This document shows, piece by piece, positions 19,777 to 29,410 of a DNA stretch of 64,000 nt. The first letter of the stretch is position 1. Each line of letters begins with the position of its first letter. The notes below the pieces were generated by a model that saw only the letters and a list, made by a program, of their open reading frames with translations, was not told the origin of the DNA and ran no database searches. The position numbers were made by a program, and so were the translations under genes. Source of the DNA: an uncultured Gemmatimonadaceae bacterium (GTDB lineage Bacteria > Gemmatimonadota > Gemmatimonadetes > Gemmatimonadales > Gemmatimonadaceae); NCBI GenBank assembly GCA_963817955.1, contig CAWFQK010000004.1, positions 1,280,001 through 1,344,000 of the forward strand, read 5' to 3'.

Positions 19777-21191
19777 GCGGGGAGATCCTTCGCTTCGCTC
19801 AGGATGACAGGCTGGGGTTCGCTCAGGATGACGGGCTGGATATGGTGCTCGTCACGCCATGCGTGCAGGTCCGCCAGCGCGCGTGCGGCAAGCTGTTCGC
19901 GCTTGAGACGCTTGTCCTTCACACGGACCGGGAGATCGTCGACCAGGCCGAAGTTCGCGTTCATGGGTTGAAAATGCGCCGGATCCGCTTCGCGCACATA
20001 TCGGTACAACGCACCAAGCATGGTCGTGGTCGGCGGTACGACGGCCGTCTCGCCCCGCAGCAAGCGTGAGAGATTGATGCCGGCCATCAACCCGGTGGCC
20101 GTGCTCTCGGTATAACCCTCGACGCCGGTGAGCTGGCCCGCGAACAGCGTTAGCGGATCGTCGCGCAACGCCAAATGGGGCGACAACGACGCAGGCGAAT
20201 TCACGTACGAGTTCCGATGGATGGATCCGTAGCGCAGAAATTCAGCGTTCTCCAATCCAGGAATCATGCGGAACACGCGCGCCTGCTCGGGAATGCGCAG
20301 ACGGGTCTGGAATCCGACAATGTTCCACATCCGGCCGCCGCGGTCTTCCATGCGGAGTTGTACGATGGCGTACGCGTCGCGACCGGTGCGCGGATCGCGC
20401 AGCCCCACCGGCTTCATGGGACCGAACCGCAGCGTCTCCCGTCCGCGCTTCGCCATTTCCTCAGCCGGCATACACCCGTCGAAGTATGGCGCCTGGTCGA
20501 ACTCGTGGCCGTGGTGCTGGTCGGCTTCGATCAGCGCATCGAGGAACGCCTCGTATTGCTCGCGCGTGAATGGGCAGTTGAGGTACGCTCCTTCCTGAGC
20601 CTCATCACCGTCGGCGCCACCTGACATGGTCTCCTTGCCATACCGTGAGGCACGGAAGACGATGTCGTGATCGATGGAGTCGCGGGCGACGATCGGCGCG
20701 ATCGCATCATAAAAAGCCAGCGACGACACACCGAGGCGCTGACGAATGGCGTCGGCGAGCACATCCGATGTCAGTGGTCCGGTGGCAACGATGCCCGGGC
20801 TTGGCAGCGCAACAGCTTCCTCGCGCACCACGGCGATCCGCGGATGCGTCGTCACACGATCATTGACCGCGGCGGAGAACACATCGCGGTCTACCGTCAG
20901 TGCACTGCCGCCCGGCACGCGAGCCTCATCGGCCGCCCAGAGCACCACCGATCCCAACAGCCGCATCTCGGCTTTCAAGAGGCCGTGCGCATTTGAGGTC
21001 TCGGTGCTCTTGAACGTGTTCGAGCAGACCAGCTCGGCAAGCCGCTCCGTCTTGTGAGCAGGCGTTCCCCGTACGCCGCGCATCTCGTGAAGCACGACGT
21101 CGTGTGCGCGCTCAGCAAGCTGCCACGCAGCCTCGCTGCCAGCGAGGCCGCCACCGACGATATGCACTGGATTGGTAGAAGAGTTGGTCAC
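19773..21191 (-). CDS. trmFO: tRNA m5U54 methyltransferase TrmFO (Gid)
   Basis: GGGLAGSEAAWQ, AELVCSN, FGPMKPVGL, GFQT, AGQLTGVEGY, FQPMNANFG; GTG start inferred. Confidence 0.95.
   Translation of the reverse strand: MTNSSTNPVHIVGGGLAGSEAAWQLAERAHDVVLHEMRGVRGTPAHKTERLAELVCSNTFKSTETSNAHGLLKAEMRLLGSVVLWAADEARVPGGSALTVDRDVFSAAVNDRVTTHPRIAVVREEAVALPSPGIVATGPLTSDVLADAIRQRLGVSSLAFYDAIAPIVARDSIDHDIVFRASRYGKETMSGGADGDEAQEGAYLNCPFTREQYEAFLDALIEADQHHGHEFDQAPYFDGCMPAEEMAKRGRETLRFGPMKPVGLRDPRTGRDAYAIVQLRMEDRGGRMWNIVGFQTRLRIPEQARVFRMIPGLENAEFLRYGSIHRNSYVNSPASLSPHLALRDDPLTLFAGQLTGVEGYTESTATGLMAGINLSRLLRGETAVVPPTTTMLGALYRYVREADPAHFQPMNANFGLVDDLPVRVKDKRLKREQLAARALADLHAWRDEHHIQPVILSEPQPVILSEAKDLPA
19782..19832. 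repeat. REP-like repeat, copy 2, inside the trmFO 3' end
   Basis: GAGATCCTTCGCTTCGCTCAGGATGACAG plus a second TTCGCTCAGGATGAC half. Confidence 0.85.
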
Positions 21192-21207
21192 CGGCTCAAG
21201 ATAGTGT

Positions 21208-21236
21208 GGGACACGGGACACGGGACAACGGGACAC
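21208..21236. repeat. Heptamer tandem repeat (GGGACAC) x4
   Basis: Read directly; same unit at 56139. Confidence 0.8.
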
Positions 21237-21338
21237 CGATCGGCGCGAGGTTCTCGACCTGGACAAGGCTCGGCCAAAGTAGTCTGTTGCAGACGGACCA
21301 TTCACCGCAATGTCGTCGTGTCAATCAGGAGCAGCCTC

Positions 21339-22148
21339 ATGAGACGGTTCGTACTTGGGCTGGCAGGTTTGATCCTGCTATCGGCGTGGGCGCCAGTCGC
21401 TTCCGCACAAGCATTCAAAGTCGGGGACCGTGTAGAGGCGTTGCCGTTCGGGTACGACTGGTATCCGTGTGTCGTCACCAACGGTGCTCCGAATTACAGA
21501 GTGAAGTGCACCAATATCGACGGCACCACCTCGGATTACACGGTGTCAGCCAACCGTCTGCGGGCAGACACCGGGCAAGCTGCCGCGGAGATGGCAAAGC
21601 GATGGGCGCAGAGATTTCCGGTAGGTTCGCGCGTGGACGCGGCGCCCTACGGTGAGCAGAACGGCTACCATCCCTGCACGGTCTTGAGCGTGAAAGGCAA
21701 CGGCGCCACGGTGGGCATCTACCACCTCAAATGCGATTTTGGCTATGCAAACGGCCCGGTCGAGGTAGACGTGGGTGCGGCGGACCACATTCGCGCAGCC
21801 ACGTCCGCGACCGCGGCCGATGCGGCGAATAAGAAGGCGGCGCTCGATCAGCAGAATCGTCCGCCCGTTGCGGTGAAGCCGGGCAAGTACACCTGTTCCA
21901 CATTCACCGGCGGCCGATTGCAGATCGTCCCAGGTCTCGACCTGCGGGTCACCGGCCCCTCTTCGTATGTGGGGAGCGATAACAGGACCGGGACATACAC
22001 CTACGACACGACAACCGGCTTAGTCGCCTTCCATGGCGGCGCGCTGAGTGGGGCAACCGCCAGGTACCTGGGAATGTACGGCGGGCAATTCAAGTTGATG
22101 AACGGCGGCCATTCGGCGAACACCGACTGCAACATCAGCGCGAAGTGA
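21339..22148 (+). CDS. Secreted protein with two Tudor/Agenet (SH3-like) repeats
   Basis: AGGAG RBS, signal peptide ending ASA; repeats FKVGDRVEA..WYPCVV and FPVGSRVDA..YHPCTV. Confidence 0.72.
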   Translation: MRRFVLGLAGLILLSAWAPVASAQAFKVGDRVEALPFGYDWYPCVVTNGAPNYRVKCTNIDGTTSDYTVSANRLRADTGQAAAEMAKRWAQRFPVGSRVDAAPYGEQNGYHPCTVLSVKGNGATVGIYHLKCDFGYANGPVEVDVGAADHIRAATSATAADAANKKAALDQQNRPPVAVKPGKYTCSTFTGGRLQIVPGLDLRVTGPSSYVGSDNRTGTYTYDTTTGLVAFHGGALSGATARYLGMYGGQFKLMNGGHSANTDCNISAK

Positions 22149-22176
22149 CGGGGGGGACACGTGTCCCCCCCGTCAC
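22145..22176. terminator. Perfect 32-bp palindrome between convergent genes; possible bidirectional terminator
   Basis: GTGACGGGGGGGACAC-GTGTCCCCCCCGTCAC; no U-tract. Confidence 0.5.
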
Positions 22177-24703
22177 CCCGCCAATACGACCTCCGCCGGA
22201 TCGTCTGTCTTCGGCGCATCCCATTCGTTGCCGCACTTGAGGCACTTCCGGAAGTCGCCACGCGCCTTCGTCGTCTTCATCTCGGCACCGACGTAGGCGC
22301 ATTCAGGACAGGGTTCGGCGACGGGTTTGTTCCACGCCACGAAGTCGCAATCCTCATTCGAGCAGGCGTAGAACGCGGTGCCACGCTTTTTGGAGCGCCG
22401 TTCAACCAGCTCGCCGCCGTCCTTGGGGCAGAAGACCCCTGTCGGCATGGAGCGCGTGCCGCGGCACTTGGGGAACGTGCTGCAGCCAAGGAACTGACCG
22501 CTGCGACCCAGACGAATCACCATTGGCTCGCCGCAGAGATGACACTTGTAGTCGGTCATCACGGGCTTGACCTTCTCACCCTTGATTGGACGCGTGTACT
22601 TGCAGGCCTTTGGATGATTCTCGCAAGCGAGGAACGGCCCAAAGAAGCCGCCACGCGGCTCGAGCTTGCCGCCGCAATCGGGGCAGCGTAGCGCGGCGAT
22701 ACCGGACAGATCGTGCGCTGCGGCAATCAAGGCCGGCGCGTCGACCTTGCTCAGGCGCGCCGCGAACGGCGAATAGAAATCCTCGAGCACACGCTGCCAT
22801 CCGAGGGCGCCTTCCTCGACCTTGTCGAGCTCGCCCTCCATGGCCGACGTGAAGTCCACGTTGAAGATGTCCGGGAACTGCTGCACCATGACGCGCTCGA
22901 CGCTCTCCCCAAGTTCCGTCGGGAAGAATCGGCGCTGGGTGAGCTCCACGTAGCGACGATCGGCGAGCACCGAGATGATCGATGCATAGGTCGATGGGCG
23001 ACCGATGCCCAGGTGCTCGAGTTCCTTGACGAGACTCGCCTCCGAAAAGCGCGGCGGCGGCTCCGTAAAATGCTGGCTCGGCGTGACGCTCTTGCACGGC
23101 ACCTTCTCGCCGATGACGACGACAGGCAGCGCCTGCTCGTCCTCGAGCGCCTTGTGCTCCCCTTCTTCATGGGCTTCGCGATACAGGGCGAGAAAGCCCT
23201 GGAACTTCACGATCGAACCGGTTGCCCGGAACAGGTAACCACGGCGGCCGATGTCCGGCTGCGACGACGCAGGAATGTCGAAGTCCACCGTCGTCGTGTC
23301 GAACACGGCCGGCGTCATCTGCGAGGCCATGAACCGCTGCCAGATGAGCTGGTACAGCTTGAACTGATCGGCGCTCAAGGAACGCTTCACTTCATCCGGA
23401 CGACGCGACGGATCCGTGGGACGGATACCTTCGTGCGCGTCTTGCGCATTCTTTGATTTAGCGTCGCCATACAGCTGCGGCGTCTTGCAGACGAACTCTT
23501 CGCCGAACAGCGTGCGTAGATACTCGCGCGCCTGCCCTGCCGCGCTCTCCGCGACGCGGGTGGAGTCGGTACGCATGTAGGTGATGAGCCCCTGCGCACC
23601 TTCATTGCCAACGTCGATACCTTCGTAGAGATCCTGCGCGACGCGCATGGTGCGCTTGGATCCGAACGACAGCTTCTTCGCGGCCTCTTGCTGCAGCGTC
23701 GAGGTGGTGAACGGCGCCGAAGGATTCTTGCGCCGCTCTCGCCGCTTCAACTCGGTGACGTCGAACGTCGTGCGGCCCTTCAGATCGTTGAGAATGCGCT
23801 CGGCTTCCGCCTGATTCGCGATCTCCGCCTTCTTACCATCGATGTGGTGCAGCTTCGCGGTGAACTGCTGGTTGTTCTTCTCCAGCAGCGCCTCAATGGT
23901 CCAGTACTCCACAGGATTGAACGCGCGAATCTCACGCTCGCGCTCCACGATGAGCCTGAGAGCCACCGTCTGCACGCGTCCGGCCGAGATGCCCTTCTTG
24001 ACCGTGCGCCAGAGCACGGGACTCGCCTTGTAGCCGACCAGTCGATCCAGCACCCGGCGCGCTTGCTGCGCTTCGACTTTCTTCTCGTCGATGACACCGG
24101 CTTCCCGAATGGCGCGCTGCACCGCGTCCTTCGTGATCTCATGGAAGAGCACGCGGCGAACCGGCACTGCGGACGCGCCGCGCTTCGGCTTGATCTGCGT
24201 GGCGACATGCGCCGCAATGGCCTCGCCCTCGCGATCAGGATCGGTCGCGATGAGGATTTCCTTACTGCCCTTCGCCGCACTCTTCAACTCGGCGATCGTC
24301 TTTTCCTTGCCCGGAATGGGGACGAGATCCGGCAGGAAGCCGTTGTCGACGTCGATTCCGAGCGTCTTGACGGGCAGATCCATGATGTGCCCCACCGTCG
24401 CCCGGACGCGGTACCCGCGGCCGAGATACTTGCCGATGGTCTTCGCCTTCGCCGGAGACTCGACGATCACGAGCGTGGCCCCCCCCCGCCGTCACCGGCG
24501 GACGAGCTTCCGCCAGCGTCGTCCTCCAATACGTCGTCGACGACTGCCGCGCGGCCACGGCGAGCCGTCGCCTTGGTCGTCGCTTTCTTCTTCGCTGACG
24601 ACTTGGGTTTGGCTTTCGCTGACGACTTCGCTTTCGCTGACGACTTGGCTTTCGCCGCGGTTCCCTTCCGCTTGGCGCCTGCGGCTGACTTTCTCGTTGC
24701 CAT
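22173..24703 (-). CDS. topA: DNA topoisomerase I with Lys/Ala-rich N-terminal extension; frameshift at a G9 run (24479-24487)
   Basis: LVIVESPAKAKTI, ATDPDREGE, SAGRVQT, ITYMRTDS, GIGRPSTY, C-terminal Zn ribbons. Confidence 0.92.
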
Positions 24704-24705
24704 GC

Positions 24706-24948
24706 CTAGTGTACCGTCTGGTGTGGATCGCTGTCGCCGTGATCGATGAACCCTGCCCCTTCCATGAGAGATCGCAGGTCGTCCAGAGCGATGCGCCCGT
24801 CAATCTGTAACAGTGCGCGTTCTATGATATGCTCAAGTTCGGCCGCATTGAGTGCGCCCGATCCGTTCAATGCCAGTAAGTGGCCCCATGCTTCGGGGGC
24901 GAAACGACCCCGCTCATGCGGGCCCAACACGCGAAAAGTCATCTTCAT
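24706..24948 (-). CDS. Smg/DUF494-like protein
   Basis: FRVLGPHERGRF...ELEHIIERAL; usual position upstream of topA. Confidence 0.72.
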   Translation of the reverse strand: MKMTFRVLGPHERGRFAPEAWGHLLALNGSGALNAAELEHIIERALLQIDGRIALDDLRSLMEGAGFIDHGDSDPHQTVH

Positions 24949-25095
24949 CCTGTTGACGCTTGAACCGGACCGAAAGCAAGAAGGGGAGGATGCGCCATCG
25001 ATGTGGCACCGATCCTCTCCCTGTGGAATCCTGCGATCTCGCCTTCTGATTCGGTCCCCGGAGCCTCATCGCTCCGCGGGAACGGTAACGTATGT

Positions 25096-25659
25096 CTAGC
25101 CAGCCGCCGAGGCAAGCTCGATGACCTTTTCTATAACCCTTTGCAGATCATAGAGTTCCGTATCAACAACGTAATCCGCTGTCTCGTACGACACCTTCCG
25201 GCTTTCGTATAAACGCTTGAGTTCCCCCAGCGGGTCCGGTCGGGTGAGCAAGGGACGCATCATCGCCATGGGGCCCAAACGCTTGAGAGCCGTGGCAGGT
25301 CGTACCTTAAGGTATACGAGGCGGCCGGGGGGACGGACCATCGCCACCACTTCGCGGTCCATGGCCCAGCCACCGCCCGGCGACACGATCATGTTGCCGA
25401 CCAGGGTCAGCTCTTCCGTGAGATCCCGCTCTCGCTTCCGAAAGTACGGTTCGCCTTTTTCACCAAAGATCTGGCTGACCGAGCGGCCCTCGCGGCGCTC
25501 GATCTCCTGATCGAGGTCGAGAAATGTGCGCCCGAGCGCTCTGGCCACCCTGTCACCCACCGTCGTCTTCCCGGAACCAGGCAGACCGATGAGGATCAGG
25601 TGTGGCCGTGACGGATCAGCCGCCGATCCGGGACGCGACGTGCGAAATGTAGGCGTCAT
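25096..25659 (-). CDS. aroK: Shikimate kinase (start uncertain)
   Basis: GLPGSGKTT, DLD, GEPYFRKRE, GGG, RPLL. Confidence 0.92.
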   Translation of the reverse strand: MTPTFRTSRPGSAADPSRPHLILIGLPGSGKTTVGDRVARALGRTFLDLDQEIERREGRSVSQIFGEKGEPYFRKRERDLTEELTLVGNMIVSPGGGWAMDREVVAMVRPPGRLVYLKVRPATALKRLGPMAMMRPLLTRPDPLGELKRLYESRKVSYETADYVVDTELYDLQRVIEKVIELASAAG

Positions 25660-26806
25660 GGTTCCGTTTGGTTTCGCCGAGCGAATCACCGCCGAACTTC
25701 TCGAGGAACGCATCAGCCAGTACCAGAGCAATCATCGCTTCAGCGATCACCCCCATCGCCGGCACCGCCGTGACGTCGCTCCGTTCGGCGACGGCTTCTG
25801 CAGACTCGCCGGTAGCCACGTCCACGGTGACCAGCGGACGCATGAGAGTACTGATAGGCTTCATGGCCATGCGTACGACGAGCGGCTCGCCGGTTGTCAT
25901 GCCTCCCTCGAGCCCGCCGGCGCGGTTGGTCTTGCGTCGCACATTGCCCGTACGCGCCGAACCCGGCAGCATCTCGATTTCATCATGTACCTCGGCGCCG
26001 GTCATGCGCGCCGTCTGAAAGCCCATTCCGATCTCAACGCCTTTCACCGCCGGGATCGACATGATGGCCGCACCAATTCGGCCATCGAGCTTGCGGTCCC
26101 ACGAAACGTGCGAGCCAAGTCCCACCGGCAGGCCGCCGACGACGACTTCGCACACACCCCCAAGGGTGTTCCCCGCGCGCTTGATCTCGTCGATATACGC
26201 GATCATCCGTTGCTCCGCGGCCGGGTCGAGCGTGCGGAGCGGCGAGGCATCGGCGGCGGCGTTGAGATCCGCTGGCATTGTGGCTGGACGAACTGCGTCG
26301 ATCCCGCCGAGATGGACGACGTGGCTGCCGATTCGAACGCCGAATTCCTCGAGAAAGCGCTTGCAGATCGCTGCCGCAGCCACACGCGCCGTGGTTTCGC
26401 GCGCCGAGGCGCGCTCGAGAATGTCGCGCGCATCCACGCGGTCGTACTTGAGCATGCCAGTGAGATCCGCGTGACCAGGACGAACGCGCGTCACCGCGCG
26501 ATTGCGCGGCGACGGGTCGTTGTCGCGCAGGGCCGGATCCATGATTTCTTGCCAGTTCTTCCAATCACGGTTATGAACAACCATCGCGATCGGCGAGCCG
26601 AGTGTTTCACCGGCGCGCACACCGGACAGAAACTCGATCGTGTCCTTCTCGATCTGCATGCGCCGGCCGCGACCGTAGCCCTGCTGCCGGCGCGCGAGCT
26701 CGGCGTTCACGTGATCGACGAGTAGCGGCAGACCGGCGGGCATACCTTCGAGAATGCCGACGAGGGCCGGACCGTGCGACTCACCGGCGGTGGTAAAGCG
26801 GATCAT
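25616..26806 (-). CDS. aroC: Chorismate synthase
   Basis: TAGESHG, RPGHAD, ERASARET, GGLEGGMT, MKPIST, ERSD. Confidence 0.97.
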   Translation of the reverse strand: MIRFTTAGESHGPALVGILEGMPAGLPLLVDHVNAELARRQQGYGRGRRMQIEKDTIEFLSGVRAGETLGSPIAMVVHNRDWKNWQEIMDPALRDNDPSPRNRAVTRVRPGHADLTGMLKYDRVDARDILERASARETTARVAAAAICKRFLEEFGVRIGSHVVHLGGIDAVRPATMPADLNAAADASPLRTLDPAAEQRMIAYIDEIKRAGNTLGGVCEVVVGGLPVGLGSHVSWDRKLDGRIGAAIMSIPAVKGVEIGMGFQTARMTGAEVHDEIEMLPGSARTGNVRRKTNRAGGLEGGMTTGEPLVVRMAMKPISTLMRPLVTVDVATGESAEAVAERSDVTAVPAMGVIAEAMIALVLADAFLEKFGGDSLGETKRNHDAYISHVASRIGG

Positions 26807-26871
26807 AGGGTTATGAATACACGCGCGCCCGACCGTATGGCCGGGCTCGCGAGATGTGAGATGAACGTGCC

Positions 26872-29391
26872 TCAGGGCGATGGAAGAATATCGCCGGCCC
26901 GCACATCGATGACTACTAGTCCGCCAGCCGAAATGCCGATCAGCTTCAGCACTACGTCGGGTGAATCGCTCGGACCGGGCAGCACGGCGCGCAGTGATCC
27001 ATAGAGGTTGGCCTTCAGCGGCAGGTGACCACGATTGAGATAGTGGAACACATCCACGATGTCGATCGTCTGGTTGTTCGATGCGATGTAGGCCGTTCGC
27101 GACGCGTCACCAGTGCTCCCGCTGGCCAGCGGATGGAAGGTGATTCCGGCGCCGGACATCTGATTGTCGTACTTACCCTGCAGTCGGAGATGGAACGGCG
27201 CGTCCACCGAGGCGAAGAACGACTGCGTGCCGTGCGCCGCGACCGTCAGGCCAGTATTGTCGAGCGCCAGCCCATTGATGGGTTCGTCGGCGTTGATCAG
27301 GAGATCCGCCTGGCTGAGTGCCGGAGACCGGAAGCCTGCGGCGCTCGCCATGAACACTGCCCCGGCGGGTCTGGTGTTACCCTGACCGAACGCGAGCCAA
27401 CTGCGGTCGCCGCTCACTGCCACGTAGGTGGTGTCCTTGAGGCCGCCGGTTGTGATGTCGATGCCATCGACGATCTCGATGTCCGTGCAGTTCGGCGAGC
27501 AGCCGGGAGAAATGTTTTTCAGTTGCTGAACGGCGTCAACCAAGCCCTTTGTCGATGGAGGAGAGCAGACAGTCGGCAGGCTCGATCCAGGCGGATGGTC
27601 GCACAGGACGACCGCGTCGGACGTATTGGTCGCTGCACCAGAGATCGCGATCACATTGTCGGCGTTGGTCACGATATGGGTCGTGATCGACGTCGCCGTA
27701 CCCCCAACGAGGATCGGCTTCGGATCCGGAACCTGTTGGGTCAGATCGATATAACGAATGGTGCCCGTCGGCGCATCGGACGTCGGCCGGGTCGAGTAGT
27801 ACACCGTGCCGTCCGACAGCTGGCCAATGTACTGGGGCCGGTCGGAGTAAATGATCGGAAGGCCAACTGCCTCCGTGAGCTTCTGCGAAGTTTGGTCGTA
27901 GTTCTCGTTGACGGTGAACAGGTACGTGCCACGCGTGCGGACGCGCTGATCGGCGATTTCGAAGAGACCGGGTAGCGACACCTTGCTCAGGTTCGTTCCG
28001 CCCGAATTGGCAACGAGGAGCACGTTGGGATCATTCGAGATGAACAAGCCCCAGGGCATAGAACCGACAGCGACACCCTGGGGTTGGAAAGACTTGGTGG
28101 CCGAGTGGAAGACCTCCAGGCGGTTATACGCCATGTTCGATAGCACAATGTTCTCTCGCGGCGCATCCCACACGATGTCACCCACCGTCCCCTGCCGCGA
28201 AACGGGCAGCGGGAATGTGTGGCCGTAGACAATGAGCGTCGAATCGCCCGTCGCGACCGCCAATGACGCCGCAGGCGTCAATTGCGTGCTGCGTACCGCA
28301 TAACCGGTCCGACCCGACTGATCCACCGCGAAGCCAGTGATGAGCACGCGTTTGCCCTGCACGAAGACCGGAAGCTTCTGCAGACTGAGCGGCTGAATGA
28401 CGTTGCCTGTGTACGGCTGCGGCATGAAGACGCTGTCGCGCACGAGTATCGTTCCCGTGCTATCGCGCGCCACGTAGCCGGCGGCGGCAATGCCGTCACC
28501 GCGCACCGTGACCGTGATCGAGTCGCTGATTTCACTTCGCGTGGCCACGGCCTGCGTGACAAGCGGCTGCACCCCGTTCGCGCCACGAACAAACACGACC
28601 GTCGAGCCGGAGTAACCGGGATTGCCGTTCACGCTGACCGCTGACGCCGTGATCGTGACGCGACTGCGCAGCGGCGCATTGATCGGAATGCGGGCAACCG
28701 CGCTCACCGTTGCCTCCCGTGGCGCCGCGGCAACCGACTGAGTGATCGACGTGTCGAGCTTCGTCGGCCAGCTGCTCTCGCCCTGCACACGAACCGTGAC
28801 ACGCGCCACACCATCCGGATCAGCGACCGTCGCGGTTACGGTGATACCGATGCCGGCCGGTGTGCTGTCGCCCGACGCTGGCGCGATGATCGTGACACGC
28901 GGACCGGAGACCAGATCCACACGGCGCGTGGTGGTGTCCACCGCGCCGGTGCTGTCGGTTACGATTGCCTGAATGATCAGGCTGTCGAGCGTGGTGTCAC
29001 TGGGCAACACCGGCTGTAGATACCGGCGAACGGTCGTGTCGTGCAACCCGGCGCGGAATGCGCCAGTGGCCGGCACGTCGATCAGCGTATACCGCACTGT
29101 GCGACGCAGCGTGCCGAGATCGGCGCTCCCGCTGATCGTCAGTCCGGACAACTCCACGTTGCGGAGTGACTTCGTGCCGTGCAGTCTGGCAACCACCAAC
29201 ACGGAATCGCCGACATTCGCCAAGGAGCTCACCACCGGCGTGTCGATCGATACGGTGGGCGCGGTGCCGCCAGACGTGTTCGGATTCGGTCCCAAACCCG
29301 AGGAGAGCGACGTCGGTAGACGCGTATCGCAACTGGCGACGACCACGACCCCAGCCACTATGGCAACAAGGCGAACCAAGACTCGTTTCAT
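26872..29391 (-). CDS. Large predicted lipoprotein with Ig-like repeats and C-terminal beta-propeller-like region
   Basis: Signal with VVASC lipobox; Thr/Val-rich beta segments; VAVGSMPWGL YVTN-like motif. Confidence 0.72.
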   Translation of the reverse strand: MKRVLVRLVAIVAGVVVVASCDTRLPTSLSSGLGPNPNTSGGTAPTVSIDTPVVSSLANVGDSVLVVARLHGTKSLRNVELSGLTISGSADLGTLRRTVRYTLIDVPATGAFRAGLHDTTVRRYLQPVLPSDTTLDSLIIQAIVTDSTGAVDTTTRRVDLVSGPRVTIIAPASGDSTPAGIGITVTATVADPDGVARVTVRVQGESSWPTKLDTSITQSVAAAPREATVSAVARIPINAPLRSRVTITASAVSVNGNPGYSGSTVVFVRGANGVQPLVTQAVATRSEISDSITVTVRGDGIAAAGYVARDSTGTILVRDSVFMPQPYTGNVIQPLSLQKLPVFVQGKRVLITGFAVDQSGRTGYAVRSTQLTPAASLAVATGDSTLIVYGHTFPLPVSRQGTVGDIVWDAPRENIVLSNMAYNRLEVFHSATKSFQPQGVAVGSMPWGLFISNDPNVLLVANSGGTNLSKVSLPGLFEIADQRVRTRGTYLFTVNENYDQTSQKLTEAVGLPIIYSDRPQYIGQLSDGTVYYSTRPTSDAPTGTIRYIDLTQQVPDPKPILVGGTATSITTHIVTNADNVIAISGAATNTSDAVVLCDHPPGSSLPTVCSPPSTKGLVDAVQQLKNISPGCSPNCTDIEIVDGIDITTGGLKDTTYVAVSGDRSWLAFGQGNTRPAGAVFMASAAGFRSPALSQADLLINADEPINGLALDNTGLTVAAHGTQSFFASVDAPFHLRLQGKYDNQMSGAGITFHPLASGSTGDASRTAYIASNNQTIDIVDVFHYLNRGHLPLKANLYGSLRAVLPGPSDSPDVVLKLIGISAGGLVVIDVRAGDILPSP

Positions 29392-29410
29392 GCGTAACAC
29401 TCCAGGGCCT

